64,000 nucleotides of DNA, taken from contig CAVOFT010000001.1 of assembly GCA_963695095.1 (NCBI GenBank), positions 192,001-256,000 of the forward strand. The letters are read 5' to 3'. Both the position numbers and the translations under genes were made by a program. This DNA is from an uncultured bacterium. Its GTDB lineage: Bacteria > Krumholzibacteriota > Krumholzibacteriia > JACNKJ01. The notes under the pieces are model-generated. The model saw nothing but the letters and a program-made list of their open reading frames with translations. It was not told the DNA's origin and ran no database searches. Shown here piece after piece: positions 10,101 through 19,404 of this stretch; positions within the stretch are counted from its first letter, which is position 1, and each line of letters begins with the position of its first letter.

Positions 10101-11897
10101 TCTTCGACAACCTCTACCTGTCCGCGAGCAACCGCGTCTACACCTGGTACGACAGCGACAACAACCGCTTCGTGATCCAGTACAACAATGTGCGCAACGA
10201 CTATAGCGACGCGACGGAGAAGTTCGAGATCATCCTCTACGACCCCTCGCAGTGGGTCACGGCCACCGGCGACGGTCCCATCCTCATGCAGTACATGACG
10301 GTGGGCAACACGGATGCCCGCGACGGCTACGCCACGGTGGGCATCACCAACCTCGACGGCACCGACGGCCTGCTCTACACCTACGCCTCCGACTATGCGC
10401 CGACGGCGGCAACGCTGCAGACGGGACGCGCCATCCTCTTCCAGCCCATCGGCGAGCTGGCGCTGGGCACCCTCGAGGGCGACCTCACCAACAGCAGCAA
10501 CGGCGGCACGCCGGTGGCGAACGTGGGCGTTCACCTGGTCGAGAACAACCAGACCCTGCTCTCGGCGACGGACGGCCACTACGCCGGCAGCGTGCAGGAG
10601 GGCGTCTACACGGTGCGCGTGGAGCACGAGAGCTTCACGACGGTGACGGTGACGGGCGTGAACATCGTCGAGGACCAGGTGACCGACCTGGACTTCCAGC
10701 TCACCGACATCCTGGGACCCTACATCACGAACGTCACCGTGCACGAGCACACCGAGGACACGGCGGGGCCCTACGTCATCGAGGCGAACATCGAGGACTT
10801 CTCGGCGATCAGCGAGCTGCACTTCCGCTACAAGCTCAACGGCGGCGGCGACTTCGAGGTGCCGCTCGTGCTGATCGACGCCGGCAGCGGCCTCTATCGC
10901 GCCGAGATCCCCGGCCTGCCGCTGAGCACGCAGGTCAGCTACTGGCTCGAGGCCGTGGACGCGGCGAGCAACGCGAGCCGCAACCCGGCGACTCCAGGCA
11001 CCTACTACGATTTCTACATCGTCGAAAGCCACATGGTGGCCGACCACGATCTGGAGACCGACCAGGGCTGGACGGTGGGCCAGGCGGGCGACGCCGCGAC
11101 CACGGGCATCTGGACGCGCGTGGACCCGATCGGCGTCTTCGCCGGCGACGAGCCGGTGCAGCCCGAGGACGACGTCAGCAATCCGGGCACGCTGTGCTAC
11201 GTCACCGGCAACGCGGAGACGGGCAGCCAGGGCGCGGATGACGTCGACGGCGGCCAGACCACCCTGCTCACCCCCTGGTTCGACCTCAGCGCGATGCTGA
11301 GCGCCACGGTCAGCTACTACTACTGGTACGTGAACGACACCGGCAGCAACCCGTACGAGGATTACTGGGCCGTGGAGATCACGGACGACGGCGTCAGCTG
11401 GGTGCAGCTCGAGCACTCGAACGTGAGCACGCACGCCTGGGTGCAGCGGAGCTTCAACGTGGCCGACTACGTGGGCCTCAGCAGCACGGTGCGCCTGCGC
11501 TTCGTCGCCTCGGACTTCGGCGGCGGCTCCATCGTGGAGGCGGGCATCGACGAGTTCTTGCTGAGCGGCTACCTGACGCCCGATCCCACGGCGGTTGACG
11601 AGGGCGCCGTGCCGGCCAGCGTCACCCTGCTGCAGAACGTGCCCAACCCCTTCAACCCGAAGACGGAGATCCGCTTCGGCCTGCCGGCGGCGGCAGCGGC
11701 CGATCTGAAGGTCTACGACACCACCGGCCGCCTCGTGCGCACGCTGCTGGACGGGGCGCCCTACGGCGCCGGCTTCCACCGGGTGAGCTGGGACGGCACG
11801 GACGAGCCGCGGCCAGCGCGCGAGCACGGGCGTCTACTTCTACGTGCTCGAGACGGGCGCCGAGCGGCAGCACGGCAAGATGCTGCTGCTCAAGTAG
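7106..11897 (+). CDS. Large gingipain-like C25 protein (propeptide, C25, Ig-like, carboxypeptidase-regulatory-like domain, FlgD tail); +1 frameshift near 11807
   Basis: RBS GGAGG before ATG 7106; C25 motifs (LVGD, D..PDVHIGRL, TCDTGSF, NLMGDP). After WDGTDE the tail continues in another frame as RGQRASTGVYFYVLETGAERQHGKMLLLK* (TAG 11895-11897). Confidence 0.85.
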
Positions 11898-11956
11898 CTC
11901 GTGCGAATCCGCCCTGAATTCGGAGGTCCGGCGGCAGCGCCGGGCCTCTCTCTGTT
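11892..11956 (+). repeat. Copy 1 of a ~65-bp element (stop codon, small hairpin, intrinsic terminator)
   Basis: AAGTAGCTCGTGCGAATCCGCCCTGAATTCGGAGGTCCGGCGGCAGCGCCGGGCCT matches 15651-15706 at 53/56 nt; GGYCCGGCG-GCAG-CGCCGGGCC hairpin followed by a T-rich tract. Confidence 0.92.
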
Positions 11957-12075
11957 TGTGGGTGCTGGGCAGGGCCGCCGGATACGGCTATACTTGGGGC
12001 GTTGCTACGGCGCTCCGAGCGCCCCGGAATGCGCCAGGAAAGGCCATGAACATGGGCGGTCTGGGGGAGGATGTC

Positions 12076-14469
12076 ATGACGGGGTTCTTCCGGTCGGTAG
12101 TCCCGGGAATGGTCCTGCTGGCGTTGCTCGCGCCGCCGATTCTCGCCGTCGAGGGGGATGAGCACTGGTCGCCGGCCTTCGCGCTACCCGGCGCCGGCGG
12201 CACGGTCTACGCCTCGCTTGCGTTCGGCGGTGATCTCATCGTTGCCGGGGACTTCCTGCACGTCGGCACCAGCACCGCCAACCGGATTGCCCGCTGGGAC
12301 GGCGACTCCTGGCACGCCATGGGCGCGGGCCTTGACGATACCGTCTACGCCCTGGCGGAGTACGAGGGCGCGCTCTATGCGGGCGGACTCTTCGCGCACT
12401 CCGGACAGTCGCCGGTGCAGGGCGTTGCCCGCTGGGACGGCGTGGCCTGGCAGCCCCTCCCCGAGCCCTTGGGCTTCTACTGCATCAAGGCCCTAGCGGT
12501 CTACAATGGCCGGCTGATTGCCGGGGGGATCGCCAACTACGACATCACCGAGGAGGAGTGGTCCGAAGTCGCCGGGCTCGCAGCCTGGGATGGCGCGATC
12601 TGGACCGAACTGGCCGACTTCGAATGGTACCTCTACTGCAGCGTCGACGCCCTGACCGTTTTCGACGGCGACCTCATCGTTGGCGGCAGCTTCGAGCAGT
12701 TGAACGGCGACTGGGACTTCGGGGGTATCGCCCGCTGGGACGGCGCGGCCTGGCACTCGATGGGCAGCGCGCGCGGGACCACCGCCCTCCTCGTGCACAA
12801 TGGCGCCCTCTACGCCGCGAACCCAGAGCTGCGGCGCTGGCAGGAGCCGAGCTGGGTGCTCGAAACCGATGGGCTCGAGCACTATGGCGGTGTCTTCAGG
12901 CTGGCCTCGTTTGAGGGCGATATTCTCGCTGCCGGCGGCTTCCAGTACGCCGACGGTCAGCTCGTGCGCGGTCTGGCGCGCTGGGACGGCGTGGCCTGGT
13001 TGCCCTTCAGCGAGCTGATCGACCCGCTGGCCGGCACCTGGGTCTACACGGTGTGCGACTATGAAGGACAGCTCGTGGCGGGTGGCTGGTTCCGCCGCGT
13101 CGGCCCGCGGGCGGCCTTCGCGCTCGCCGGATGGGATGGGCAGTCGTGGGGAACTCTGGCGAGCCCCGGCGATGAGGAGTTCTTCCGGGGCCTGGATGCG
13201 GAGAGCCTCGCCCTTGCGAACTTCAGCGGCGACCTGGCCGTGGCCGGCTATTTCCGCTACGGCGGCGACACGCTCCTGAACGGTGTGGGTCTCTGGAACG
13301 GCAGCGACTGGCAGTCCCTGGGCAGCGGGCTGCCCGGAGGCGACCGTGTCTGGGCCATGGCGGAGTATCAGGGCAAGCTCGTCGTGACGGGGAACTTCCA
13401 CGAGATCGGCGGGGTGGCCAGCCTCCACATGGCGCAGTGGGCAGGCTCGGCATGGGAGCCTTTCGGCGAGGGTTCCGCGCCGGAGGGCAGGGAGCTGTTC
13501 GCCGCCGGTACGGACCTCTACGTCGGCGGAGACTTCGCGACGGCCGGCGGACTGCCCGCGGAGAACATCGCCTGTTGGGACGGGACCGGTTGGTCCGACC
13601 TCGATGGCGGCCTGAACGACAGGGTCTATGCGCTCCTCATGATGGGTGGGGATCTCCTCGCGGCCGGCAGCTTCATCGCCGACGCCCACGGGGCGCCCTT
13701 GAATCGCGTCGCCCGCTGGGACGGCGCTGTCTGGAGCCCACTGAGTCAGGGCTTCAATGGGATCGTCAGCGATCTGGTAGTATGGAACGGAGCACTGATC
13801 GCGGGCGGGTACTTCAATCAGGCCGACGGTGCATCGACTCCCTATCTCGCAATCTGGGATGGTGCGGCCTGGCAGCCCTTCCCCTCGGGGCCCAACGGCT
13901 ACGTGACAGGGCTCGCCGTCTATAATGGAGAGCTCGTCGTCTGCGGCAGGTTCAGCGAGTTGGGCGGGATCCCTGCCAGCTTCATCGGCAGTTGGGACGG
14001 TACGAACTGGTCGCCCCTGGGCAGCGGTCTGGCCCTCTCCGACTGGGGCGCAGGGATGTACATGCGCGACCTGCAGGTCCTCGACAACCAGCTCTTTGTG
14101 GCCGGCAGCTTTCGCAATGCGGGCGGCAAGGCCTCCTACGGTATCGCCTGCTGGCGGGAGGATCTCACCGCAGTGCTGGCGGGCGGGCCGCCCGCGGGGG
14201 GCCTCATCGCCAGGAACGTGCCCAACCCCTTCAACCCAAGCACGGAGATCGTCTTCACGTTGCCGGCGGCTGCGCCGGTGACCCTGCGCATCGTCGATGC
14301 TGTCGGGCGCTGCGTGCGCACGCTGCTGACGGCGACGCCGCTGCCGGCGGGCAAGCAGCGCGTCAGCTGGGACGGCCGCGACGATGAGGGCCGGCGGCTG
14401 CCCAGCGGCGCCTATGTCTACGAGCTCGAAGCCGGCGGGCGGCGTGCCGCGAGCAAGATGCTGCTCTTG
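12076..14469 (+). CDS. Secreted beta-propeller-like repeat protein (ARWDG..W repeats) with FlgD tail; last codon displaced by an insertion
   Basis: RBS GGAGG, ATG 12076, signal peptide; about a dozen (A/G)xWDGxxW...V.AL..(Y/F).G.L..GG.F repeats; PNPFNP tail ending KMLLL at 14469. The native AAG TAG lies at 15651-15656; as assembled the frame reads on to 14529. Confidence 0.82.
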
Positions 14470-14470
14470 C

Positions 14471-14698
14471 AAGCGCTACGTGGAGACCTTTGGCCGCGTG
14501 GTGGTGCTGTGGGAGAAGGGCCTGCGTGAAGCGGGCGAGATCGCCTACGTGGTTGGCATCAGCGAGCGGCTGGCGGGCGAGTATCTGCGGCTACGGGAGC
14601 AGTATGCCGAGTCACCCTTCCGCGATCGTTTGGCGGAGATCGCCCGGCAGGTGCGCACCTCGCTCCCCGCGAACGGGGAAGAAAAGGGGGGCTCCTGA
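14471..14698 (+). pseudogene. 3' fragment of a DUF1670-family HTH protein
   Basis: KRYVETFGRVVVLWEKGLREAGEIAYVVGISERLAGEYL matches the C-terminal RY..(T/D)F.RV..L...G....EI....G.S..L..EY pattern of DUF1670; no start codon. Confidence 0.7.
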
Positions 14699-15629
14699 TG
14701 GGTGATTACCGGGATCGCTACGCGACGGTGGGCCGCCGGATTTCGGCTCGGCGATGGAGCACCTGCTGGAGACCGACTTCAAGCTGGTGGGCAGCCATCG
14801 GGTGATTCGGCCGATCGCGGAAGCGATCGTGGATCTGCAGCGGGAGTTTTATCCGGAGCAGGATCGTGCCGAGCCGGGGACGATCGTGTGGGCGACGACG
14901 AAGCGGGGCGAGGGCACGAAGGTGAGCTAGGGCAAGCGGGCCGAGGCCTACGGTACGCAGATCGTGCACCTGCCGCTGGTGACGAAGGCGGAGATCGAGG
15001 CGCGGATGCGGACGGGGCGTAAAGGCGACGGTCGCATCAACCGCCGGAAGGAGGCCCGACGCGACATCGAGACGATGGCGCGGCTGGTGCGGAGCGCAGC
15101 GGAGCAGGGTGGTTTGCTGACGGGCGCGGAGCTGTCGGTACTGATGAACCGATCCCTGGGCAAGATCCACGAGTACGTGCGGACCTACGAGCAGGAGACG
15201 GGCGAGGCCCTGCCGCTGAAGGGCTACGTACTGGACATGGGCAGCTCGCCGACGCACAAGGGGATCATCTGCCGGAAGTTCGAAGAGGGGATGAGTCCAC
15301 CGGACATCGCTCGGGCCACGGGACATAGTTTGGCAGCGGTGGACAACTACCTGAAGGCCTACGATCGGATCAAGGTCCTACTGCGCCGCGGCCTGGATGC
15401 GCCGACGATCTGCCAAGCGACGGGGAGGGCACAGCGAACAGTGGCCCAGTACCTGAACATCGTGGACTGCTATCATCCGCAGCTGCTGACGGCAGGGCAC
15501 CGGGATTGGCTGGCGACGCTTCTGAAAAAGGGCAACGTGGCGCTGTCTCCAGAGGATGGGGAGCGGATGAGCCAGGGCCTGGAGGCAGGAACGCCGGCAA
15601 GGACCGGCGACGTGGAAAGAAATCTCTAA
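14698..15629 (+). pseudogene. DUF1670-family protein with a frameshift (~14740) and an in-frame TAG (14928-14930)
   Basis: ATG 14698 coupled to the upstream TGA; motifs A.EQGGLLT.AELS.L, P.KGYV.DMG...THK.II, IAR.T.HS..AVD.Y. Confidence 0.8.
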
Positions 15630-15650
15630 CAGGTCAGATGGCCTAAGAGT

Positions 15651-15714
15651 AAGTAGGTCGTGCGAGTCCGCCCTGAATTCGGAGGCCCGGCGGCAGCGCC
15701 GGGCCTTTTCTGTT
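15651..15714 (+). repeat. Copy 2 of the ~65-bp stop/terminator element
   Basis: See copy 1; here the hairpin GGCCCGGCG-GCAG-CGCCGGGCC is perfect and followed by TTTTCTGTT. Confidence 0.92.
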
Positions 15715-15864
15715 GTCAGCTTGCCCAGGCGTACCGGCAGGCTCTATACTCAAGGTGTCGATCCGCTTCCCCTGGCAATACATAAGGAGCGGCGAGCGAC
15801 TCCCGCGGTCCCCCAGCTCACCGGGATTACCCCTGCTCTGCCGCATCGACATGGGGGGTTGGGT

Positions 15865-18687
15865 ATGTGCACTCGTCGCCGGGCAGTGCTGCCCGCTGTA
15901 CTTCTTGCGCTCCTTCTTCATTCCAGTCCGAGCTTGGCCTACCAGGTGCCGCCCGCGCCGCAGCGGGGCGAAGTGCCGCTGCCGGTAACGCCGGCGGTCG
16001 GCGCGCGTGAGGACACGCTCTTTCTCTTCGCCGCCAGTGGGCCGGGCAGCTACGGCAGCCCGGGCACGGACGCCCGTGGCTTCACCTTCGACCACGCGGG
16101 CGCAGCGGCGCCGGCCGGCTGGTTCGGCGTGGACCTCACCGCCCAGACGGGCACCTGGTGGCACCTGGCGAGCACGGCCGTCTGCGCCGGCACGGGTACG
16201 GACATGAGCCAGGCGGCGCCCTTCGCTCCCGGCGACCTGGTGAACGACTACGCACTCTGGTGCGGGCGGCAGAACGTCTGCGGCTGGAGCGACCCGACGG
16301 GCTACGGCAATCAGTGGCAGCAGACGGTCGTCGTCGATCTGAGCGACCAGGAGATCGACCAGGACCTACAGGTGGCCTTCGCCTATCGGTCCGACTTCGA
16401 GGGCAATGCCTACGACGGTTTCGAGCTGCGCGTCGAGGTCGCCGGCGAGTGGGAGACCGTCTACGCCAACTACCTGACCGGAGACCGCAGCTACCGCGAG
16501 CTCAGCTTCACGATCCCGGCCACGGAACTGAATGGAGCGGGTAGCGGCACGCGGGTGGGCTTCCACTTCGTCTCCGACGGCGGCTGGTCCGATGAGGACG
16601 GCTCCTATCTCAGCGACGTGGGCGCGCTGTGGCTGGACAATCTCCAGCTCGCGGTGGACGGCCAGCCGGCCTTCAGCGCCGATTTCGAAGACGGCCTTGA
16701 GCCCGCCCGCCTCAGCTTCACCACGCCGGCGGCGCGGAGGGCTCTATGTGGGGCTCTTCTACGAGGACTCTGCATCGGCAACGACAGTGCGGCCTGGGCC
16801 TTGACCTGGACACCTACAACCCGGAGTACCCGATTCCGGTCGTGGCTATGGGAAGTGGACCAGCTGGGCACCCATTCAACCGGCCCCGAGGATCAGCGGG
16901 TCGAGCGGCAGACCTACTACGACCTGCCGCTGGAGCCGCTGATCTTCACGCGGAATCCCGCGGTGGCCGCCCGCACGGCCGCGGACGGCTGCCTGCGGGA
17001 CTTCAAGCGGCGCAACATCGTCCAGTATGGTCCGGATCGGAGTGGCGCACGGAGCGTTTCGATGGGCGGCATGTGCAATCTCGATGGCGCACACGCCGGC
17101 TTTCTGTCTTTGAGATCCGGCGCCGTGGCCGGCCAGCCAGACGGTGGTGGGCGACTCGCGGCGCTCGGCGTCTCGATGGGGTCCGGCGGATTGGCGACTA
17201 CTTACATGCCGAGGCCGGCGAGCGCGGCCGGAGCTGCGGCTTTGCTGGCGCGTGGTCGCCGGTCCGCACGCGGGTCAGACTGCCGCCGCTCAGGCCGACC
17301 CCGATGGCAGCGACGGCGCCTGGTCCCCTGGGCGGGTACGCTGAACCTGAACGGCGAGGTCTGGAGCAGCATGCAGGCGGACTCGGCCCGGGTCGGTGGC
17401 GTTGTCGAGCCCGGCAGCTTCGCCTTCGACTTCAACGACGCCTACTTCGAGCCGGGCGATGTCATCGAATACTTCTACCGCGCGCAGTCGCAGGAGGGCG
17501 CGGTGGCGGCCTATCCGCTGGCCGCGCTGGCGGAGGATCCCGCCCAGCGCGAATTCTGGCGAGTGCGCTGCCTGCCGACGGCGGGTGCGCGCATCCTCGT
17601 CGTCGAGGATAGCGGCGAAGCGGCTGACGCCTGGCGACTCGGCCTGGAGCACACGAACTGCCCAGGCTACGACCTCTTCACCACGCAGGCGCCTGCAAGC
17701 GGCCTCAACAACGGACTCGGCTGTCGGGCCTCGGCCGCGGATCTGGCCGGCTACAGCGTGCTCTTCTGGGATAGCGGCAGCCTGTCCCGCTACACGCTCA
17801 CCGGGCCGGGCACTTCGCAGCTCTGCACGGACACAGATCTGCTGCTGGCCTGGCTCGTAAACGCCGAGGACAACAGCATCGCCTGGATCATGGGCAATTC
17901 GATCGCCAGCGAGCTGAGTGAGGATGGCAGCGCCGCTCTTGCCCAACTGCTGGGGGCGGAGCGCATCTTGGATGGGTACAGCTACTTCGACCTGACGATG
18001 GACTTGACGCCGCGGGTCTACGGGGCGCACCCGGCCTTCGGAGTCGGCGGCCTGGATCCCTACTTCGACGTCGACGGCGCCTGTCCGGACATCCAGTACT
18101 TCGATCTCGTCGCGCCCACCGGAGGGCTAGCCGAGTCGGGTTTTCGCTGGTGGCACGATGGCGGGTCCGACGCCGTTGCCGGTGTGCTGAACTTCGATCC
18201 GGACGGGGACGGCACGTACCGGAACGCGCAGGGGGCTACGGCCTGGGTCCTCTACAATCCCTTCAGCTACGGGCTGCTCCGCGATGCGGGTTTCGATCCC
18301 GGTGGCTACGGCTTGAACTACCCATTCCAACTGCCCTACATCCTGGCCTGCAGTTTCGGCACGCCACCGCACTTCTGGTGCGATACGGCGGCCGAGGAAG
18401 TGCCGGCCGCCATTACCACCCTGCACGGCGCGCATCCGAATCCCTTCAACCCGAAGACGACGATCCGCTTCAGTCTGGCGGCGCCGGGGCGCGCAAGCCT
18501 GCGCGTCTACGACCTCGCCGGCCGGCGCATGGCCACGCTGCTCGACGGCCTCGCCGCGGCGGGTGCGCAGAGCATCGACTGGAACGGCCGCGACGACGCC
18601 GGGCGGCAGCTCGCCAGCGGCGTCTACCTCCTCCGCTTCAAAGCGGCGGGGACGAGCGAGGAGAGCAAGCTCGTATTGCTCAAGTAG
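15865..18687 (+). CDS. Large secreted protein with FlgD tail; central ~16730-17330 garbled by multiple indels
   Basis: ATG 15865 with signal peptide; GW.GVDLT, GYGN.W.Q, F.F.SDGGWSDEDG, DFEDG motifs; PNPFNP...KLVLLK tail. Plausible peptide pieces in the middle are split across frames (GLYVGLFYED / CIGNDSAAWA / DLDTYNPEYPIP). Confidence 0.72.
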   Translation: MCTRRRAVLPAVLLALLLHSSPSLAYQVPPAPQRGEVPLPVTPAVGAREDTLFLFAASGPGSYGSPGTDARGFTFDHAGAAAPAGWFGVDLTAQTGTWWHLASTAVCAGTGTDMSQAAPFAPGDLVNDYALWCGRQNVCGWSDPTGYGNQWQQTVVVDLSDQEIDQDLQVAFAYRSDFEGNAYDGFELRVEVAGEWETVYANYLTGDRSYRELSFTIPATELNGAGSGTRVGFHFVSDGGWSDEDGSYLSDVGALWLDNLQLAVDGQPAFSADFEDGLEPARLSFTTPAARRALCGALLRGLCIGNDSAAWALTWTPTTRSTRFRSWLWEVDQLGTHSTGPEDQRVERQTYYDLPLEPLIFTRNPAVAARTAADGCLRDFKRRNIVQYGPDRSGARSVSMGGMCNLDGAHAGFLSLRSGAVAGQPDGGGRLAALGVSMGSGGLATTYMPRPASAAGAAALLARGRRSARGSDCRRSGRPRWQRRRLVPWAGTLNLNGEVWSSMQADSARVGGVVEPGSFAFDFNDAYFEPGDVIEYFYRAQSQEGAVAAYPLAALAEDPAQREFWRVRCLPTAGARILVVEDSGEAADAWRLGLEHTNCPGYDLFTTQAPASGLNNGLGCRASAADLAGYSVLFWDSGSLSRYTLTGPGTSQLCTDTDLLLAWLVNAEDNSIAWIMGNSIASELSEDGSAALAQLLGAERILDGYSYFDLTMDLTPRVYGAHPAFGVGGLDPYFDVDGACPDIQYFDLVAPTGGLAESGFRWWHDGGSDAVAGVLNFDPDGDGTYRNAQGATAWVLYNPFSYGLLRDAGFDPGGYGLNYPFQLPYILACSFGTPPHFWCDTAAEEVPAAITTLHGAHPNPFNPKTTIRFSLAAPGRASLRVYDLAGRRMATLLDGLAAAGAQSIDWNGRDDAGRQLASGVYLLRFKAAGTSEESKLVLLK

Positions 18688-18723
18688 GCTTCCCTGCGCC
18701 CCGCCGGCGTGCTAGCATTCACG

Positions 18724-18756
18724 GCCGGACGGCCCCGCCGTCCGGCTGTTTCTCTT
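18724..18756 (+). terminator. Intrinsic terminator
   Basis: GCCGGACGGC-CCC-GCCGTCCGGC followed by TGTTTCTCTT, 36 nt after the stop at 18687. Confidence 0.7.
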
Positions 18757-18799
18757 CCACCCGGACGCTTATCGACCGGATCCTGCGGGAGGAATCCCC

Positions 18800-19375
18800 A
18801 TGCCTCGCCGACTGCTGGCCCTCGCCCTCTCCCTCGTCATCGCCCTCGGCATCCTCGGCTGCGAACAGCGCCGCGTGCAGGAATTCAAGGCGGGACAAGC
18901 GCTCCTGGCCGAAAATCCCCAGGCGCTGGACGGCAAGCTCAACGCCCAGCTCACGCTCTGCCGCAGCATCGGCCGCAAGTCGGGTCGGCCCATCGGCGCC
19001 GGCACTGAATTTGAAATGCGGGAGGAGAGCCAGGTCGGCGCCGTGCTGGAAGTGTCCGGCGTCGAGCCCGGCGAGGTGAACATGTTCCATCTCGTCTGGA
19101 TCAAGCCGGGCGAGAAGGAGATCTTCCGCCGCTACGCCGAGGTGAAGGTCGAGCCCGCTGAGCAGGGCTATCGCGCGGTCGTCCAGTGGAAGAAGTTCGA
19201 CGACCGCCACTATCTGCGCGAGGACGTCCAGGAGCGCGAGTCGCCGAGCTTTTCGCTGACAAGCGAGCTCGACACGAGCTTCAAGAAGCAGCGCGAGCCG
19301 GGCGAGTACCGCTTCCGGGTCTACTTCAACCGGGAGCTGCTCTTCGATCAGGCCTTCACGCTCGAGAACGCCTAG
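18800..19375 (+). CDS. Hypothetical lipoprotein
   Basis: RBS GGAGG; hydrophobic leader ending ILG-C; beta-rich Ig-like C-terminus (PGEYRFRVYFN). Confidence 0.7.
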   Translation: MPRRLLALALSLVIALGILGCEQRRVQEFKAGQALLAENPQALDGKLNAQLTLCRSIGRKSGRPIGAGTEFEMREESQVGAVLEVSGVEPGEVNMFHLVWIKPGEKEIFRRYAEVKVEPAEQGYRAVVQWKKFDDRHYLREDVQERESPSFSLTSELDTSFKKQREPGEYRFRVYFNRELLFDQAFTLENA

Positions 19376-19404
19376 CGGGCCCACCCGAGCGCGGAGGTCC
19401 GGCC

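Larger units (their letters stand above)
14470..15650 (+). mobile_element. 1181-bp insert carrying DUF1670-family gene remnants (probable partial mobile element)
   Basis: Removing 14470-15650 restores ...AAG ATG CTG CTC TTG AAG TAG plus the same terminator element that follows the neighbouring paralog. No transposase or target duplication seen. Confidence 0.78.

Noticed and set aside
14928..14930. In-frame TAG as pyrrolysine or stop-codon recoding
   Set aside because: TAG is the normal stop for many genes here, and the same gene also has a frameshift.
11892..15714. The duplicated element as integron attC sites
   Set aside because: No RYYYAAC/GTTRRRY ends and no integrase in the window; the structure fits a terminator.
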